This document shows, piece by piece, positions 16,409 to 28,778 of a stretch of DNA of 64,000 nucleotides. The stretch lies in contig OZ024740.1 in the NCBI GenBank assembly GCA_964016885.1, positions 425,320,001 through 425,384,000 on the forward strand, in the 5' to 3' direction. The notes below the pieces were generated by a model. That model made no database searches, was not told the origin of the DNA, and worked only from the letters and a program-made list of their open reading frames with translations. The position numbers and the translations under genes were made by a program. Origin of the DNA: Eledone cirrhosa. Its lineage: Eukaryota. How positions within the stretch are numbered: position 1 is the first letter of the stretch; every line of letters begins with the position of its first letter.

Positions 16409-17222
16409 CGAACTGACCAGTCTATACCGGAGGACTTTCGAGCCGGGGACGATGGACAATTTCCAGAAATCCCTCGCTTGGCAGTGCTACCGAGGAGAGG
16501 GGGGGGCTCTGCCGGTTCGAGATAAACTCTAGAGGCACGGAAGTGCTGTCAGACGGACCTGCCCAAGATGCGCACAGAGCGGCGAAACCGTTCTGCACGC
16601 ACTCGTCCAATGTCCGTGCATTGCTGACTTGTGGAGTTATGTCGAACAGCTACTGTCGCGTGTGGAACGAATCCGGCTATCGGCCGAGTCCATAGTGAAG
16701 ATCGACCCGCCGCCTTTCTTAGGTCAGGAAGAGAAGGAAATTTTCCTATGTCTGGTGGCAGTTGCGAAAGAGGTTATATGTCTTTTCTCTTCGGCCAATC
16801 CCTCATCAACTTCTTCAAGTTTCACCTGGAAAGGAAGGTGAGGGTGGAGAGAGAAGTGCTGCCCCCAGTACATTTGCTAAAAGGTGGATGAATGTGGCGA
16901 GAATGGCTCGTGTGAATGGGCCTACTCTGACAATGCGCCTATAGACTAGCTAACTTGAGGAGAGGGGTGCTCTCCCTGGGTGCCCTAGAAGCGCAGGATG
17001 GTTCAGGATTGGTGGGGTACCCGAGTCATCCGAGGGTCGTCCACCCCCTATCGGGGAATTTATTTTTTTATATTTATGCATAGTTTATTTTATATTTTTA
17101 TATCTTCATTGTTAAATTAGTCTTGCCTTTGTGCACTTTTACTCGACCTTATTGTAAACCCCACTGTCCCTGTCTTTGTATTGTCCCCTACATGTCGGCC
17201 CGTCTGGCTAATAAATGAAATC
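16409..17222 (+). mobile_element. 5'-truncated Tx1-like LINE in (TTA)n
   Basis: RTFEPGTMDNFQKSLAWQCYRG...RWMNVARMARVNGP; 3'UTR with AATAAA then (ATT)n. Confidence 0.88.
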
Positions 17223-18395
17223 ATTATTATTATTATTTATTATTATCATTATTATTATTTCATTGTTATTGTTGATGTTACTGTTGTAATAGTTGTTGTT
17301 CTTGTTGATTGTGTGTGCGTGTGTATATTGTGTGTGTATATATATGTATACATATATGTAAGTATATATATATGTATATATATATATATGTGTGTGTGTG
17401 TGTGAGAGAGAGAGAGAGTGTGTGTGAGTGTGTGTGTGTGAGAGAGAGAGTGTGTGTGTGTGCGTGTGTGTATGTATTCCTTCTTTCTTTTACCAGTGTC
17501 AGTGTTTATTTTATGAAGTCTGTTTCGTACTTTATCGAAATCTAATAGTCCACCCTGCAGGTAACAGGACATAAATAAACATTAAACGTAGACACAGACA
17601 CACACCCTCTCTCTCATTCTCACTGTCCCTCTCTCTCACTGTCCCTCTCTCTCACTGTCCCTCTCTCTCACAACCCTCCCCCCCTCACACTCTCTCTCTC
17701 TCAAATATATATAGGGCTTTTTAAAACTATCATATAATAGACATCACACCGCCCGGCCTGTTTTCCTCTATTCTCCCTTCTCCCCTTTCTACGCCTCAGT
17801 GTCCTATGTCTGTATGTTGGACTATAGTACTTATTCTCTTCTCCTTTACTATTTCTCTCCTTTATATGTTTCTCGTTTTGCTAAGCTCTTCCACACTCTA
17901 TATTTGTGTAATTTTCCTAAATGCATAACTTGTCTCTATCTGTTTTGCTATGCCCCACTGGGCTTCAGAATGAATGGTATAGACCTTAATGAGCCGAAAC
18001 TGTAGTAATTTCCAGAGGTTGACTAAGGAGATGGGATTGTCTGTCTTTCCGTTATTTTTTCCATTGCCTTTGTCCTGTGCGCTCCCTATTCTGAATTTAT
18101 ATATATATACATATTTAATAGAAAAGGTTGGCGCCAGTAGGTGGAGCTCTTGCTATTTCAACAGCTAGTTGAACTAGTGAGAACTAACCGTTGAAAATGC
18201 AAGAACTCAGCTAAAACCAGATCTAATTAGATCTTCATTACAGCACCCAGCGTATTTACTGAGGATATCTTCAATTGCGGAGGGTTGACTTATTTTCAGG
18301 GAGACCCTTCTTAATAAATTTATGACAGATCTATGATGTTTAGACACGAGTGTGGCAGTCATTCAATGTCCCTCACTTCCATCACGAAAATAGTG

Positions 18396-19843
18396 CATGG
18401 TATGGTGTGGCATGGTAGGTATGGTGTGGTATGGTATGGCATGGTAGGTATAGTATGGTATGGTATGGTATGGTATGGCATGGTAGGTATGGTATGGTAT
18501 GGTGTGGTATGGTGTGGTATGGTATGGCATGGTAGGTATAGTATGGCATGGTATGGTATGGTATGGCATGGTAGGTATGGTATGGTATGGTATGGTGTGG
18601 TGTGGTATGATGAGGTATGGTATGGTATGGTATGGCATGGTATGGTATGGCATGGTAGGTATGGTGTGGTGTGGTATGGTATGGTGTGGTATGGCATGGT
18701 AGGTATGGTATGGTATGGTGTGGTATGGTGTGGTGTGGTATGGTATGGTGAGGTATGGTATGGTGTGGTATGGTATGGTATGGTATGGCATGGTAGGTAT
18801 TGTATGGTATGGTATGGCATGGTATGGTATGGTATGGCATGGTAGGTATGGTAGGTATGGTATGGTGTGGTATGGTATGGCATGGTATGGTATGGTGTGG
18901 TATGGTATGGTGAGGTATGGTATGGTGTGGTGTGGTATGATGAGGTATGGCATGGTAGGTATTGTATGGTATGGTATGGCATGGTATGGTATGGTATGGT
19001 ATGGCATGGTAGGTATGGTAGGTATGGTATGGTGTGGTATGGTATGGCATGGTATGGTATGGCATGGCATGGTATGGTATGGCATGGTAGATATGGTATG
19101 GGATGGTATGGTATGGTGTGGTGTGGTATGATGAGGTATGGTATGGTGTGGCATGGTATGGTGTGGTATGGTATGGTATGGTATTGTATGGTATGGTATG
19201 GTATGGCATGGTAGGTATGGTATGGTATTGTAAGGTATGGTGTGGTATGGTATGGTGTGGTATGGTATGGTGTGTTGTGGTATGGTCAGGTATGGTATGG
19301 TGTGGTATGATATCGTATGGTATGGTGTGGTATGGTATGGTATGGTATGGTGTGGTATGGTATTGTAAGGTATGATATGACATGGTATGGTATGGTATGG
19401 TATGGTGTGGTATGGTATTGTAAGGTATGGTAAGACATGGTATGGTATTGTATGGTATGGTATGGTATGGCATGGTATGGTATGGTGTGGTATGGTATGG
19501 TATTGTAAGGTATGGTGTGGTATGGTAAGGTATGGTATGACATGGTATGGTATAGTATGGTATAGTATAGTATGGTATGGTGTTCTATGGTATGGCATGG
19601 TATGGTATTGTATGGCATGGTATGGTATGGTATAGTATGGTATGGCGTGGTATAGTATAGTATGGTATAGTATGGCATGGTGTGGTATGGTATGGTGTGG
19701 TGTGGTGTGGTGTGGTATAGTGTGGTATGGTGTGGTATAGTATGGTATGGTATTGTATAGTATGACATGGTGTGGTATGGGATGGTGTGGTATGGTGTGG
19801 CATGGTATGGTACGGTATAGTATAGTATGGTATATTATGGTAT
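18396..19843. repeat. Pentanucleotide satellite (TGGTA)n with variants TGGCA/TGGTG and higher-order blocks
   Basis: Direct reading; explains the YHTIP/VWYGM ORFs. Confidence 0.95.
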
Positions 19844-19925
19844 AAAATTGGAAGTGAGGCTGGGAAAATAACTTACAATTTTTAATAGATTCTAAATCTC
19901 ATTTCCTAATTTCTATTCATAACAT

Positions 19926-19993
19926 CTCTGTCTGATGAACGATCTAGACATATAATAACATTGTCTAGGGTGCTGAAACCTTTGGTAATGGAG
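19926..19993 (+). ncRNA. Type I hammerhead ribozyme ~95 nt upstream of a (TA)n junction
   Basis: CUCUGU CUGAUGA acgau CUAGACA..UGUCUAG ggugcu GAAACC uuu GGUA AUGGAG; stem I 6 bp with two G-U pairs. Confidence 0.7.
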
Positions 19994-20088
19994 TAGTTAT
20001 ATTTTGTGTTGTTCCCTTTCTCATTAAATAGCTCTGTTCTATACATAGAGCACTCTTTTCTCCTTTGCTTTTTCTTCGGAAATACCTA

Positions 20089-20122
<34 letters not shown>

Positions 20123-20126
20123 TACC

Positions 20127-20209
<83 letters not shown>

Positions 20210-20220
20210 ATATATATATA

Positions 20221-20410
20221 GGAAAAAGTATGACCCCGAGGGCAGAGCTCAAGCCGTTTTGAGGGCTATTTCTGGACTGGAAATAGCCGTCGAAACGGCT
20301 TGAGCTCTGCCGTCGGGGTCATACTTTTTCCCATTTCCCACTCTACTACCCTAAGTATTGAGTACTCTGGTGCGTTATGGTCCATCTGGTTCCTTACCAC
20401 AATTCCTTTG

Positions 20411-20412
<2 letters not shown>
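20221..20412. mobile_element. Family X fold-back element copy 2
   Basis: ~50-bp inverted arms around tggactg, then unique tail containing gtattgagtac; in (TA)n. Confidence 0.85.
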
Positions 20413-20463
<51 letters not shown>

Positions 20464-20559
20464 GAAATACCAATGACCGTTGGCAAATCACTGATGAGGG
20501 ACTCATTTTATAACATGCTATCCATGTGCAACCATGCAGTTTTCTTCTCCCCATTTTTT

Positions 20560-21237
<678 letters not shown>

Positions 21238-21494
21238 TAAATAAGACCGTTATTGCAGCAACGTGTCTACAAAGTAGTGAGCAGACAACCTAACACGAAG
21301 GCTACCCTGCTCTCATGATTCCTGCTAAACCCGTATTTAAGGGAGGGTGTGTGGGCATGTTGTATAGGGCTGTCTTGGGAGGAAGAGGGGTAGTGTGTCC
21401 TCCGTGAGGTGGACAAGGAATCATAAGATTTTCTTGCAGCTGTTGTTGTTGTTATTGTGGGAGTGATGTTGAGGTGGTGTAGCTGATGATGGTG

Positions 21495-21802
21495 GTGGGG
21501 GATACGAGGGGTAGTTGTGGTGGTGGTTGTGGTAGTGGTTGTGGTGGTGGTAGCGAAGGTGGTGGTGGTTGTAGTGGTGGTTGAGGTGGTGTTGGTAGTG
21601 GTGGTGTTAGTGGTAGTGGAGGTGGTGGTGGTAGTGGTGGTGGTGGTGGTGGTGATGGTGGTGGTGATGGTGATGGTGATGGTGGTGGTGATGGTGGTGG
21701 TGATGGTGATGGTGGTGGTGGTGGTGGTGGTGATGGTGATGGTGATGGTGGTGGTGGTGGTGGTGATGGTGGTGGTGGTGGTGGTGGTGGTGGTGGTGGT
21801 GA
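21495..21802. repeat. (GGT/GAT)n microsatellite
   Basis: Direct reading. Confidence 0.9.
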
Positions 21803-22024
21803 TTATAACGAAAAGTCTAACGCCTGATTAAGTGCAGAGGGTTTTGGTACAATTAAAGCTAACACTGATCCCCACAAACTACACCGTCACCACCACCACC
21901 CCACCCTACTGCCGTCACTACCATCAACCCGTCCCACCCCTGTACCCCCATCACCCCACCCACTCCACCCTCATCACCATCACAACCAGTTAATCATCCA
22001 CGACACCGCCCTAGTAATTATATC

Positions 22025-22336
22025 ACACACACACACACATACACACATATACTCGCAGACACACACATACACTCACATCCATTCACATACACACACATAC
22101 ACATCATACTCACACATACACACACATACACACATACACTCACATACACACACACACACTCACATACACACACATACACACACATACACACATACACTCA
22201 CATACACACACATGCACACACATACACACACATACACTCGTATATCGTTGTTGAAATATATACAGATATATACACCTTTATAAACATGCGTATGCTTGTA
22301 TATATATGAATGTAGATGCATGTGGGTGTGTGCTTG

Positions 22337-22378
<42 letters not shown>

Positions 22379-22432
22379 AACACACACACACATATATGTG
22401 TATATATATAAATATATATATATACACATATA

Positions 22433-22481
<49 letters not shown>

Positions 22482-23044
22482 AACGGCACACATATGCATG
22501 CGTTTGCATCTATTGTGTGTATATATATATATATATATATACATATATATATTTATGTGTGTGCGTCAATGAGTGTGCGTGCATGTGTGTATGCGTTTTT
22601 CTGGGTCTTTGTGTATATGTGTCTGCGTCTCCCTCTCTCTCTGTATGTGTGTCTATGTGTGTATGTGTGTACATGTATGTGTGTGTGCGTGCGTGTGTGT
22701 GTGTGTGTGCGCGTGCATGTGTATGTGTGTACGTGTGTGTGTGTGTGTACGTGTGTGTGTGCGCGTGTGTGTGTACGTGTGTACGTGTGTATGTGTGTAT
22801 GTGTCTGTGTGTCTGTGTGTCTGTGTGTGTGTGTGTCTGTGTGTGTGTCTGTGTGTGTGTGTTTGTGTGTGTCTGTGTGTGTGTGTGTATGTGTGTGTGT
22901 GTGTGTGTATGTGTGTGTGTGTGTGTGTGTGTCTCTGTGTGTGTGTGTGTGTGTGTCTGTGTGTGTGTGTCTGTGTGTGTGTGTGTCTGTGTGTCTGTGT
23001 GTGTGTGTGTGTCTGTGTGTCTGTGTGTGTGTGTGTGTGTGTGT
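22025..23044. repeat. Compound (CA)n/(TA)n/(GT)n microsatellite region
   Basis: Direct reading. Confidence 0.9.
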
Positions 23045-23505
23045 ACTCCCACTGACAGGTCAATCCATCACAGATAGGAAAGAGAAAGTGGACTGTATAT
23101 TTAAATGGAAGGCCAACTCCAGTAAAGTGGCGGTTAGGTTAGCTGAGGCAAATGTAATGGCGATGTTTTAACGCAGCTTGCAACCGTACAGAGATGTGTT
23201 CTGTGTATAGCGGCCATATTGGAAACTGCAGGGATCCCTGCTTAAAAAACAGCAATAACAAAAAACAAAAGGATAAGTCGGAAAGAAGGGAGCGGTTGGC
23301 GGGTTGTCTGGCTGGCTGGTTCCCTTGTAGGGTGTATATATAGAATCGTGTAGATGTTTTGAATGTTTGTTTGTATACCAAGATATGTCTATCTCTACGT
23401 ATAGTTGTATGTGTGCCTGTGTGTATGTGCGTGCGTATTTACACACACACACACACACATTCACACACACATATATACATTTATATATATATATATACAT
23501 ATACT

Positions 23506-23592
<87 letters not shown>

Positions 23593-23596
<4 letters not shown>

Positions 23597-23775
23597 AAAG
23601 AGTCAGGACCCCTGACAGCTGAGCTCCGGCCGTTTTGGCAGCTAGATCCGAACAAAGCCACTAATATTCTGATGTGGGGGTCGTGACACTTTTCCTACTA
23701 CCCACACTTCTACCCTAAGTATTGAGTACTCTGGTGCGTTATGGTCCACCTGGTATCTTACAACACCCTCTTTCT
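23593..23775. mobile_element. Diverged relative of family X
   Basis: Shares ctaccctaagtattgagtactctggtgcgttatggtcca with ~20347-20385; in (TA)n. Confidence 0.75.
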
Positions 23776-23867
23776 TATATATATATATTTATATATATGT
23801 GTGATATATAGATATATATATATATATATTATATATATATATGTACATATATGTATTTATTCAAATA

Positions 23868-23935
<68 letters not shown>

Positions 23936-24095
23936 TTATATCAGTTATAAAAATATTTTTAGCTTGTTGTATCCCAACAAATTACATATAACCTCTGCAT
24001 GTATATATATATTCACACAGACGCGCAGACACAGACACACACACACACTCACATATAAATATATATATATATATTATATATTCACACATACACAC

Positions 24096-24145
<50 letters not shown>

Positions 24146-24323
24146 TTGTGTGTGTGTATATATTGTATTTGTGTTTGAGTGTGTGTATATGCATGTATCT
24201 ATACATATGGTTTTACTGGATATGTTCGTAAATTATCGATCACTATTTGTTGAACATCTAGTTTATGGCACATAAATACAGACACAGACAAAATCACAGT
24301 GAAGGACACTCTCACACAAACAC

Positions 24324-24370
<47 letters not shown>

Positions 24371-24452
24371 GTTATTCCGGGTTGAATCGGAGGTAACCAC
24401 AGTAAGTAAGGTACTCAATACATAGCAGAGTATAAAAGTTTTAATATAGATG

Positions 24453-24503
24453 AGATTCTACAGGACTAGAACTGTTTCATTCTTTAGAAATCATCAGGAA
24501 TCT
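24453..24503 (-). ncRNA. Type I hammerhead ribozyme (left arm)
   Basis: Exact reverse complement of 24530-24580. Confidence 0.8.
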
Positions 24504-24529
24504 GGCTTTCCAAAAGTATTTGGAAAGCC

Positions 24530-24580
24530 AGATTCCTGATGATTTCTAAAGAATGAAACAGTTCTAGTCCTGTAGAATCT
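24530..24580 (+). ncRNA. Type I hammerhead ribozyme (right arm)
   Basis: AGAUUC CUGAUGA U UUC uaaa GAA U GAAACAG uucuaguc CUGU A GAAUCU; all three stems form, GUA site. Confidence 0.8.
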
Positions 24581-24652
24581 CATCTATATTAAAACTATAT
24601 ATATAATAAAATAACAGGAGGCTGGACTGGTGTAATTCCTTAAAGGTTTATT

Positions 24653-24710
24653 ATACTATGAACATTTCAATGACTGGGTTCAGTACGAATCCGGTGACAT
24701 CATCAGGTAT
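24653..24710 (-). ncRNA. Hammerhead-like motif with imperfect stem II, followed by AATAAA, in a remnant spanning ~24610-24830
   Basis: AUAC CUGAUGA ... GAAAU guuc AU A GUAU aauaaa. Confidence 0.6.
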
Positions 24711-24848
24711 TTCGAAATTTATCCAACAAAGGAATATAATAGACACAATCCAAGGGGCTGATAAGCAGAGAGTTGTCCAAGACGAGAAGGGGCCAAAAAT
24801 TAGCAGTTGCTAGCCGGGGTGGCCGCCTTCAATATATATATATACTAT

Positions 24849-25253
<405 letters not shown>

Positions 25254-25277
25254 TATATATATATATATATATACATA

Positions 25278-25716
25278 ATCGGAGAAAGCTAATAGTGATA
25301 CTCCGGGCAAATTCCAACTCACTCAACAAACATTAGGAAATATCTGAGTATATTCCTAATTAAACGTTCGAGGTGCTAACTATATTGTATTGTGTGGAGA
25401 ATTGGCTATATCATTTCATATGAGATATATCAAATATATCTCTTCCCAGACGACTCGTTTCATTATAAGATTTCTGCAAGGTGGGTGAAATTATACCAAG
25501 TTATGTAGAAGCTTGTATAAGATCAACAGATACTTATTCAAGTGGGCTCTTATAATTCTTCAGTGGGTGCCCAATAATATTAATATTGATAACCAAATCA
25601 ACATCAATATTTAGCGATAATCACCATCAGTGCTTGAGGGAGCTGCTAGGTTGTTAGTCCAGCAGTTCTAAAGAAAATCTCACATTATCTCGAAAATAGG
25701 AGGAAGGAGACTACCG

Positions 25717-25720
<4 letters not shown>
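25278..25720 (-). mobile_element. HHR-bearing remnant between TA tracts; second partial copy at 62614-62770
   Basis: ctcactcaac..acattaggaaata..ggtgctaactata shared with the 62.6-kb copy. Confidence 0.7.
25445..25567 (-). ncRNA. Type I hammerhead with a long stem II insertion
   Basis: CCCA CUGAAGA AUUAUAAGA (long loop) UCUUAUAAU GAAACGAGUCGU C UGGG; 9-bp stem II, near-palindromic stem III, GUC site. Confidence 0.75.
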
Positions 25721-25769
<49 letters not shown>

Positions 25770-26257
25770 ATGTATATATATATATGTATCCATATACATA
25801 CGTATACATACATATCTATATATATAAAACTCTGTCTATGTGTCTCTTTGTCCAGTTTACGTGGAAGACATATACTACTTTGCAAGAGATTTTGTCACGC
25901 TTTATCTCCCCGTTCAGGAATATCTGAGATAAAATTCACCGAAGGTATTCAAATTCTGCCGTCATCCCTTCTAAATTCGGTAAACTTAGTACCAGTTATG
26001 TACTGGTGTAGACTAAGAGACTAAGTGGGCTACATATCATGTCCCACAAATATACAGGACATTATGACTATGCTAGAAATACTAATTATTTTCTTTTACC
26101 ATTTGGTTTTGAAACAATACATTGATAACTAGATTCTCCAATATATCCTTCTACTGTTAAAACAGCAGTGTCTATGTAGGGATGTATTTGACTGCCATTT
26201 CTAGCATTTGGAGTGACTGTATAGTATCTACATCTCTGGCCCGATGGTTATTTATAT

Positions 26258-26410
26258 GGAGGCAATGGCAGAGTGGTTAGAACGTCAGATAGAATGTTTT
26301 CTGGTCTTCCTTCTGACTCTCAGCTCTCTGAGTTCAAATCCCACCAAAGTCAACTTTGCTTTTCATCTATTCGACGTCGATAAGAAAGTACCAGTCTAAT
26401 ACTGGGGTAA
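26258..26410 (+). mobile_element. tRNA-derived SINE (diverged)
   Basis: tggcagagtggttag A box, gagttcaaatccc B box, gtcgataag..gtaccagt core. Confidence 0.8.
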
Positions 26411-26763
26411 ATTCTTCTTCTATATCGCTTTCTCACTTCCATTCTACCACTCTCTCTATCCTGCATTCAGACCTGGAAAAGTTGATGGGTTCTGCCAGGT
26501 TTTGAAATGCCTTTGAAACGTTGTATGTCAATAGCGTGCCCTTACGACGTTACGTCAAAGAAAAAAAGAAGTGGTTGGCAGAGTGGACTTAGAAGAGGAA
26601 AACATGGGATAGAGCTGCATTCTCAATGTAAAGTAATATTCCGAATGGAATATTACTTTACCTAGCCCGCAGCACAGTCCTCGTGGTCAACTTTTTTCTA
26701 GAAGTTTCAAATTTAAATTCAATTCGACTTTTATCATTTTAACTGAAATTATAGCATTGAACG

Positions 26764-26950
26764 GGCGGTGGATTGGGTGGTATAGGTAGTGTGTAGGACA
26801 CCATGCTTTGTAGCACTGAGCTACGTCCCTTTATAATCTGAGTTCAAATCCCGCCGAGGTTAACTTTGCCTTTCATCCTTACGGGGTCGATAAAATAAAA
26901 TACCAGTAATACACTGGGATAATTGCTTGTGCTAAATGTAGAAACAATTA
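26764..26950 (+). mobile_element. tRNA-derived SINE
   Basis: gagttcaaatcccgccgaggttaactttgcctttcatccttacggggtcgataaa. Confidence 0.88.
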
Positions 26951-28257
26951 TAGCATTGAACTTCAATTAACAGTAACACACCACCACCACCACCACCAAA
27001 TCTCGTCTGGATCAACATTGCTCACCTGTCATATATTAAGATGGATTAAATGGATCTCACTACATACAGACAACACTCGAGACTTTGCTCCAAGATTCTA
27101 ACTCTTAGACATTTCTCTTTAATTACTTACCTATTTATTAATTCATTTGAGAAAGACATGAACGTCCAACACTCTTAGTTAACCCACTTACCCGCTAAAT
27201 GCCAGATACTTTGGCTATCTCTCATACGATGTTTCTATAGCAGGGGTCTCCAAAGTTGTCAATATCGACCCCGGGAATTGATGAGACTTTTCAAGGGGTC
27301 GATGAATGCCTAGGGGTCAAAAGAAGGCCGATAAACGCTAGGGTTGGATCGAACTTTTGGGGTTGAGTGCTGACATTCGTATAAGAAATAAAAATACATA
27401 AAATACAACTTGCTGATAAACATTTTAAATCATGAACTATGGAGTCTATACTACAGTTAAACCTTCCTAGAGACAGTATCAGTGATTTAAAAAATAAAAA
27501 CGGCTCATTGAAAAGAGAAGCCGTTCAAAGAAGAATGTCCAAGGTTGGTCGGACTTTGATCATAGGTCTGCTCACACTCTATTGACCTTGGGCTAAACAA
27601 CAATCACAACAGTACCATCAACGAAACTTATTTTTATTGAACGGTTTGGAAATTTACAAATCAATGAGTGGAAAGGAGAGGGAGATAGAGGGAGAGTGAG
27701 AGAGAGAGAGAGAGAGTGTGTGAGTGAAAGAATGAAAGAAAGGAGTGCGAAGAAAGAGAGGAATAAAAGAGGTAGAGATAGACAAGTGGTGAGGAAGAAT
27801 AAATGTAGAAATGGAATAGACACCAGATGAAGTTTGTTATTTTAACTAACCTTTTTATGGCTAAGAAAACAACAGTTACAACAACAAACGGGTCTCATTT
27901 CACAATAAGAACAACAACAACGTCAACAACAACAATATCATAAGAGTAACATGCACACTTCACGCTGTCAAAGTGCCCCACCCATTTCTATCACCCTACC
28001 CAGGGAGGGTTGGGAGGTCTATTATGACACGACCACCCACACCTCCACCGTCGTCGACACCAAGCCGCAACAATCGTTGTCGTTCCTGTTGACACCATCA
28101 TCACCACCACCCCCACCAGCGACACCAGTATTACCCCCATCACTACCACCACCACTTATCACCCCCCCCCCCCTCCATCACCACCACCATTGCCACTTTT
28201 AATTATGCGCTAAAACTAGATCAATAACAGAGTGATACTATACTGATACTTTTTCAT

Positions 28258-28497
28258 TACCATCAACCACCACCACCACCACTACCACCACCACCACCAC
28301 TACCACCACCACCACCACTACCACCAACCACCACCACCACCACTACCACCACCACCACCACTACCACCACCACCACCACTACCACCAACCACCACCACCA
28401 CCACCACTGCCACCACCACCACCACCACCACCACCACCACCACCACCACCACCACCAGCAACCACCACCGCCGCCGCCGCCGCCGCTACTACTACAA
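28258..28497. repeat. (CAC)n microsatellite
   Basis: Direct reading. Confidence 0.95.
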
Positions 28498-28534
28498 CCC
28501 TCATCATCATCGTTGTTATCTATATAGTAAACTG

Positions 28535-28740
28535 AATATTTTCTGATTTAGGCACAAGGCCAACAATTTTGGGGGAGGGAAAAGTCGATTACATCGACAG
28601 TACTGGTACTTTATTTTATCCACCCCATAAGGATGAAAGGCAAAGTTAACCTAGGTGGGATTTGAACTCACAATGTAAAGAATCATAATTAAATTGTTCA
28701 AAACATGTTCAACATTCTACCGATTCTGCCAATCGACGGG
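28535..28740 (-). mobile_element. tRNA-derived SINE
   Basis: aaggatgaaaggcaaagttaacctaggtgggatttgaactca is the reverse complement of the SINE core. Confidence 0.85.
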
Positions 28741-28778
28741 CCTCGGTAGGCAACTTAATAATGGTTTCTAATTTTGGC

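Larger units (their letters stand above)
24370..24596. mobile_element. Penelope-like terminal remnant with a perfect 78-bp inverted repeat, in (TA)n
   Basis: Arms 24437-24514 and 24519-24596, loop agta; tail 24370-24436 related to 37755-37828. Confidence 0.85.

Noticed and set aside
17955-18015. HHR-like ggcttc...gagcc GAAAC TGTA GTA in a TA-flanked segment
   Set aside because: CUGANGA box is missing and stem I does not pair; at most a decayed remnant
20490-20510. CTGATGAG motif
   Set aside because: No downstream stem II and GAAA to complete a hammerhead
26258-26345. tRNA genes at A/B-box matches
   Set aside because: No cloverleaf; all continue into the shared SINE core
27241-27480. hAT-like terminus caggggtctccaaa
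   Set aside because: No matching second TIR or TSD found
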